DNA of 63,056 nucleotides, filler included, from Octopus bimaculoides (Eukaryota), in NCBI RefSeq assembly GCF_001194135.2. It is 9 parts of 8 records of this genome, joined end to end, with 100 filler letters (N's around TTAATTAATTAA, not from the genome) between each part and the next. Parts side by side here need not be neighbours in the genome. Positions count along the whole stretch, not along the records: positions 60,680 to 61,880 come from NC_068996.1; positions 61,981 to 63,056 come from NC_068991.1; 7 more parts are not named here. One strand, written 5' to 3'. Below are positions 60,819 to 63,056 of this stretch, one piece after another. Position 1 is the first letter of the stretch, and each line of letters begins with the position of its first letter. The position numbers and the translations under genes were made by a program. Under the pieces are notes generated by a model. That model searched no databases and was not told where the DNA came from. It was given only the letters and a program-made list of their open reading frames with translations.

Positions 60819-61841
60819 TCCCTCCTCTTTCTGTCCTCACCATCCTTCACCTTTTCCCCTTCCTCTATCATCCTCGCCTTTCTCTCATTCTGTCTCTCCA
60901 CATGTCTGCATAAATGTTTTTGCTTCCCCCCCCCCTCACATATATACGAGATACATTTGTACGTATTTGTATGGGTTCGCACGCGCGAGTATGTATGTGG
61001 TGTATATACATTAATGAGTGTGTGTGTGTGTATGTGTGTGCATATGCGTTTGAAAGTGTATATGCTTGTATGACTATGTGCTTATAATTGCGTGTGTGAC
61101 ATTATGAGTGGATGTGTATGTGTTTGTGCGTATGTATGTGTGAAGTGTATATATGTGTGCTCGTGTCTGTAATTGCGTGTATGACTTTATGAGTGTGAGT
61201 GCATGTGTGTGTGTATGAAGGTGCATATACATGAATAAGTGTGTTCGTGTGTGCGTGCGTGCGTACATGTATGAGGATGTCTATACACGTATTAGCATGT
61301 GTGTATGTGTGTGCGTATGTGTGGTGAAGATGTATTTATATGCATGTGTCTGCGCGCGCGTGTTTTCACTGATTATGTAGTCAATTGGAAGCAAATTATA
61401 AACGCTTCTCTTTGATGTCTGTACTGTACGAAACAATTTTCCTTGGGATGGTCTAAGGGCAAGGTCAGTTGAGGTTTGCCTATCTATCTATCTATCAGTG
61501 TGTGTGTGTGTGCGTGCGTGTGCGTGTTTGTGTATGTGTGAACACATTTATGTGTATGTGTGTATGGATGCGCGTGTGTGGGAACGCATTTATGTGTGTG
61601 TGTATGTATGCGCATATGTATGTGTGTGCCTTTGTGTGTGAGCGTGCATTTGTGTGTGTGTGTGTGAGTGTGCTTCTGTGTGTGTCCTTGAGTGTGTGTG
61701 AATTTGTATATACATTTGTGTGCGCGTATACGTATGTGTGTGTATATGTATATATGTATGCGTGTGTGTATGTGAGTATATATGTGTGTGTAAATGAGTA
61801 TATATGTATGCGTGTGTGTGTATGCATTTATGTGTTGTATG

Positions 61842-61880
<39 letters not shown>

Positions 61881-61984
61881 NNNNNNNNNNNNNNNNNNNN
61901 NNNNNNNNNNNNNNNNNNNNNNNNTTAATTAATTAANNNNNNNNNNNNNNNNNNNNNNNNNNNNNNNNNNNNNNNNNNNNTGTG

Positions 61985-62196
61985 TATATGATTGTGTGTC
62001 TGTGTTTGTCCCCCCAACATCACTTGACAACCGATGCTGGTGTGTTTACGTCCCCGTAACTTAGCGGTTTGGCAAAAGTGACCGATAGAATAAGTACTAG
62101 GCTTACAAAGAATAAGTCCTGGGGTCGATTTGCTCAACTAAAGGCGGTGCTCCAGCATGGCCGCAGTCAAATGACTGAAACAAGTAAAAGAGTAAA
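61985..62196 (+). mobile_element. SINE S1 tail half
   Basis: gtttgtccccccaacatcacttgacaaccgatgctggtgtgtttacgtccccgtaacttagcggt...ccgcagtcaaatgactgaaacaagtaaaagag. Confidence 0.9.
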
Positions 62197-62629
62197 CCTT
62201 TATGTCAGTTGAAACTGTTACTTTAAGAACTGTTTCAGACAACAGTTTTCAGTTTGTGATGAATAAATGTGGATGTTCTCAAATACAGGTATGAATATAT
62301 CTCAAGAGACAAAGTGTCGTAAGTTTAATTAATGACGATGTAACAACTTATGAGAGGATGACAACAATGGTAAAGATGGCATAATAAAGTAGGAATCAGT
62401 TCAATCAAGCTTAACGTGAAACAAAACATACCTGTGAAATCATCTCTGGAGAACATATACCAAATTTGTCCATATGTAGATAAAGCCCTGGCAAGAATTA
62501 AAAAAAGAGGTAATCAATTTAAAGGAATTATTAAAAATATAAGATACAGATTATGATACCAACAGTGTTTTTAATTTGGTGACAGAGAAAATCCACTTTC
62601 TTCCATGTTTCACTATAAAGAATTTACTC

Positions 62630-62670
62630 ATAGGCGCAGGAGTGGCTGTGTGGTAAGTAGCTTGCTTACC
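62630..62670 (+). mobile_element. SINE S1 head, 3'-truncated
   Basis: ataggcgcaggagtggctgtgtggtaagtagcttgcttacc. Confidence 0.8.
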
Positions 62671-63056
62671 GGAAGGACATGTTTTTTTGTCGCTCCGCTG
62701 AATGCCAGCGTCGTGAATTTTGACGTGCAACTACAGGTAAGACTTTTGTGTTTTTTTGGATTTAGTGGGGGTTTGTTGTTCGTGTTTATTTATATTTATG
62801 TCGAGCAAGGAGTCTCCGCTGAATTCCACGCATTTGTCTGCCTGTGGGTGTGCTTAATGTCTCACTTAGCGGTGAGAAGAGTGTTTTGGAGGTAATACGC
62901 CTCCAAAAATTGTGAACTTAGTTTCTAAAGGTTTGTTGTTTTCAGGCCGTGAATTGAGAACTACAAATGAATATTGTGAACTTTGTTTAAAACAGAGAAG
63001 GAATTTATTGTTTTCAGACCAAGTTTTGAAAGCTAATAGATTTAAAGAAAAGTCTT

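Noticed and set aside
62700-62745. Strong splice-donor-like CAG|GTAAGA
   Set aside because: It is an isolated motif with no recognisable exon or reading frame, so it is expected by chance in 63 kb.

Overview
AT-rich, gap-ridden, microsatellite-dense eukaryotic genomic DNA from a draft scaffold. The repeat landscape looks like an octopus/cephalopod genome (inference, not verified). No confidently identifiable host gene, rRNA, tRNA or CRISPR array is present. Most ORFs in the track are microsatellite or N-gap artefacts. The interpretable content is mobile DNA: (i) many copies of several tRNA-headed SINE families; (ii) about nine fragments of REL-endonuclease non-LTR retrotransposons (R4/Dong-like), often next to (TAA)n; (iii) RTE 3' ends; (iv) Penelope-like GIY-YIG relics; (v) DNA transposon relics and MITEs (Tc1, mariner, Tigger, hAT, MULE/FLYWCH, Helentron-type HINE). 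The most interesting signal is non-coding RNA structure: a set of hammerhead ribozyme (HHR) motifs from at least four sequence families. Two palindromic mini-elements (25.5 kb, 58.5 kb) carry minimal HHRs. A back-to-back pair of HHRs lies at 37.0-37.3 kb. At 35.64-35.71 kb all HHR core strands are present but in a non-canonical order, suggesting a non-circularly permuted hammerhead. Also notable are a LINE>MULE>LINE nested insertion with a 9-bp TSD and an orphan ORF with an in-frame 63/69-codon duplication (20.46-20.97 kb). Repeat boundaries were read by eye and are approximate unless stated.
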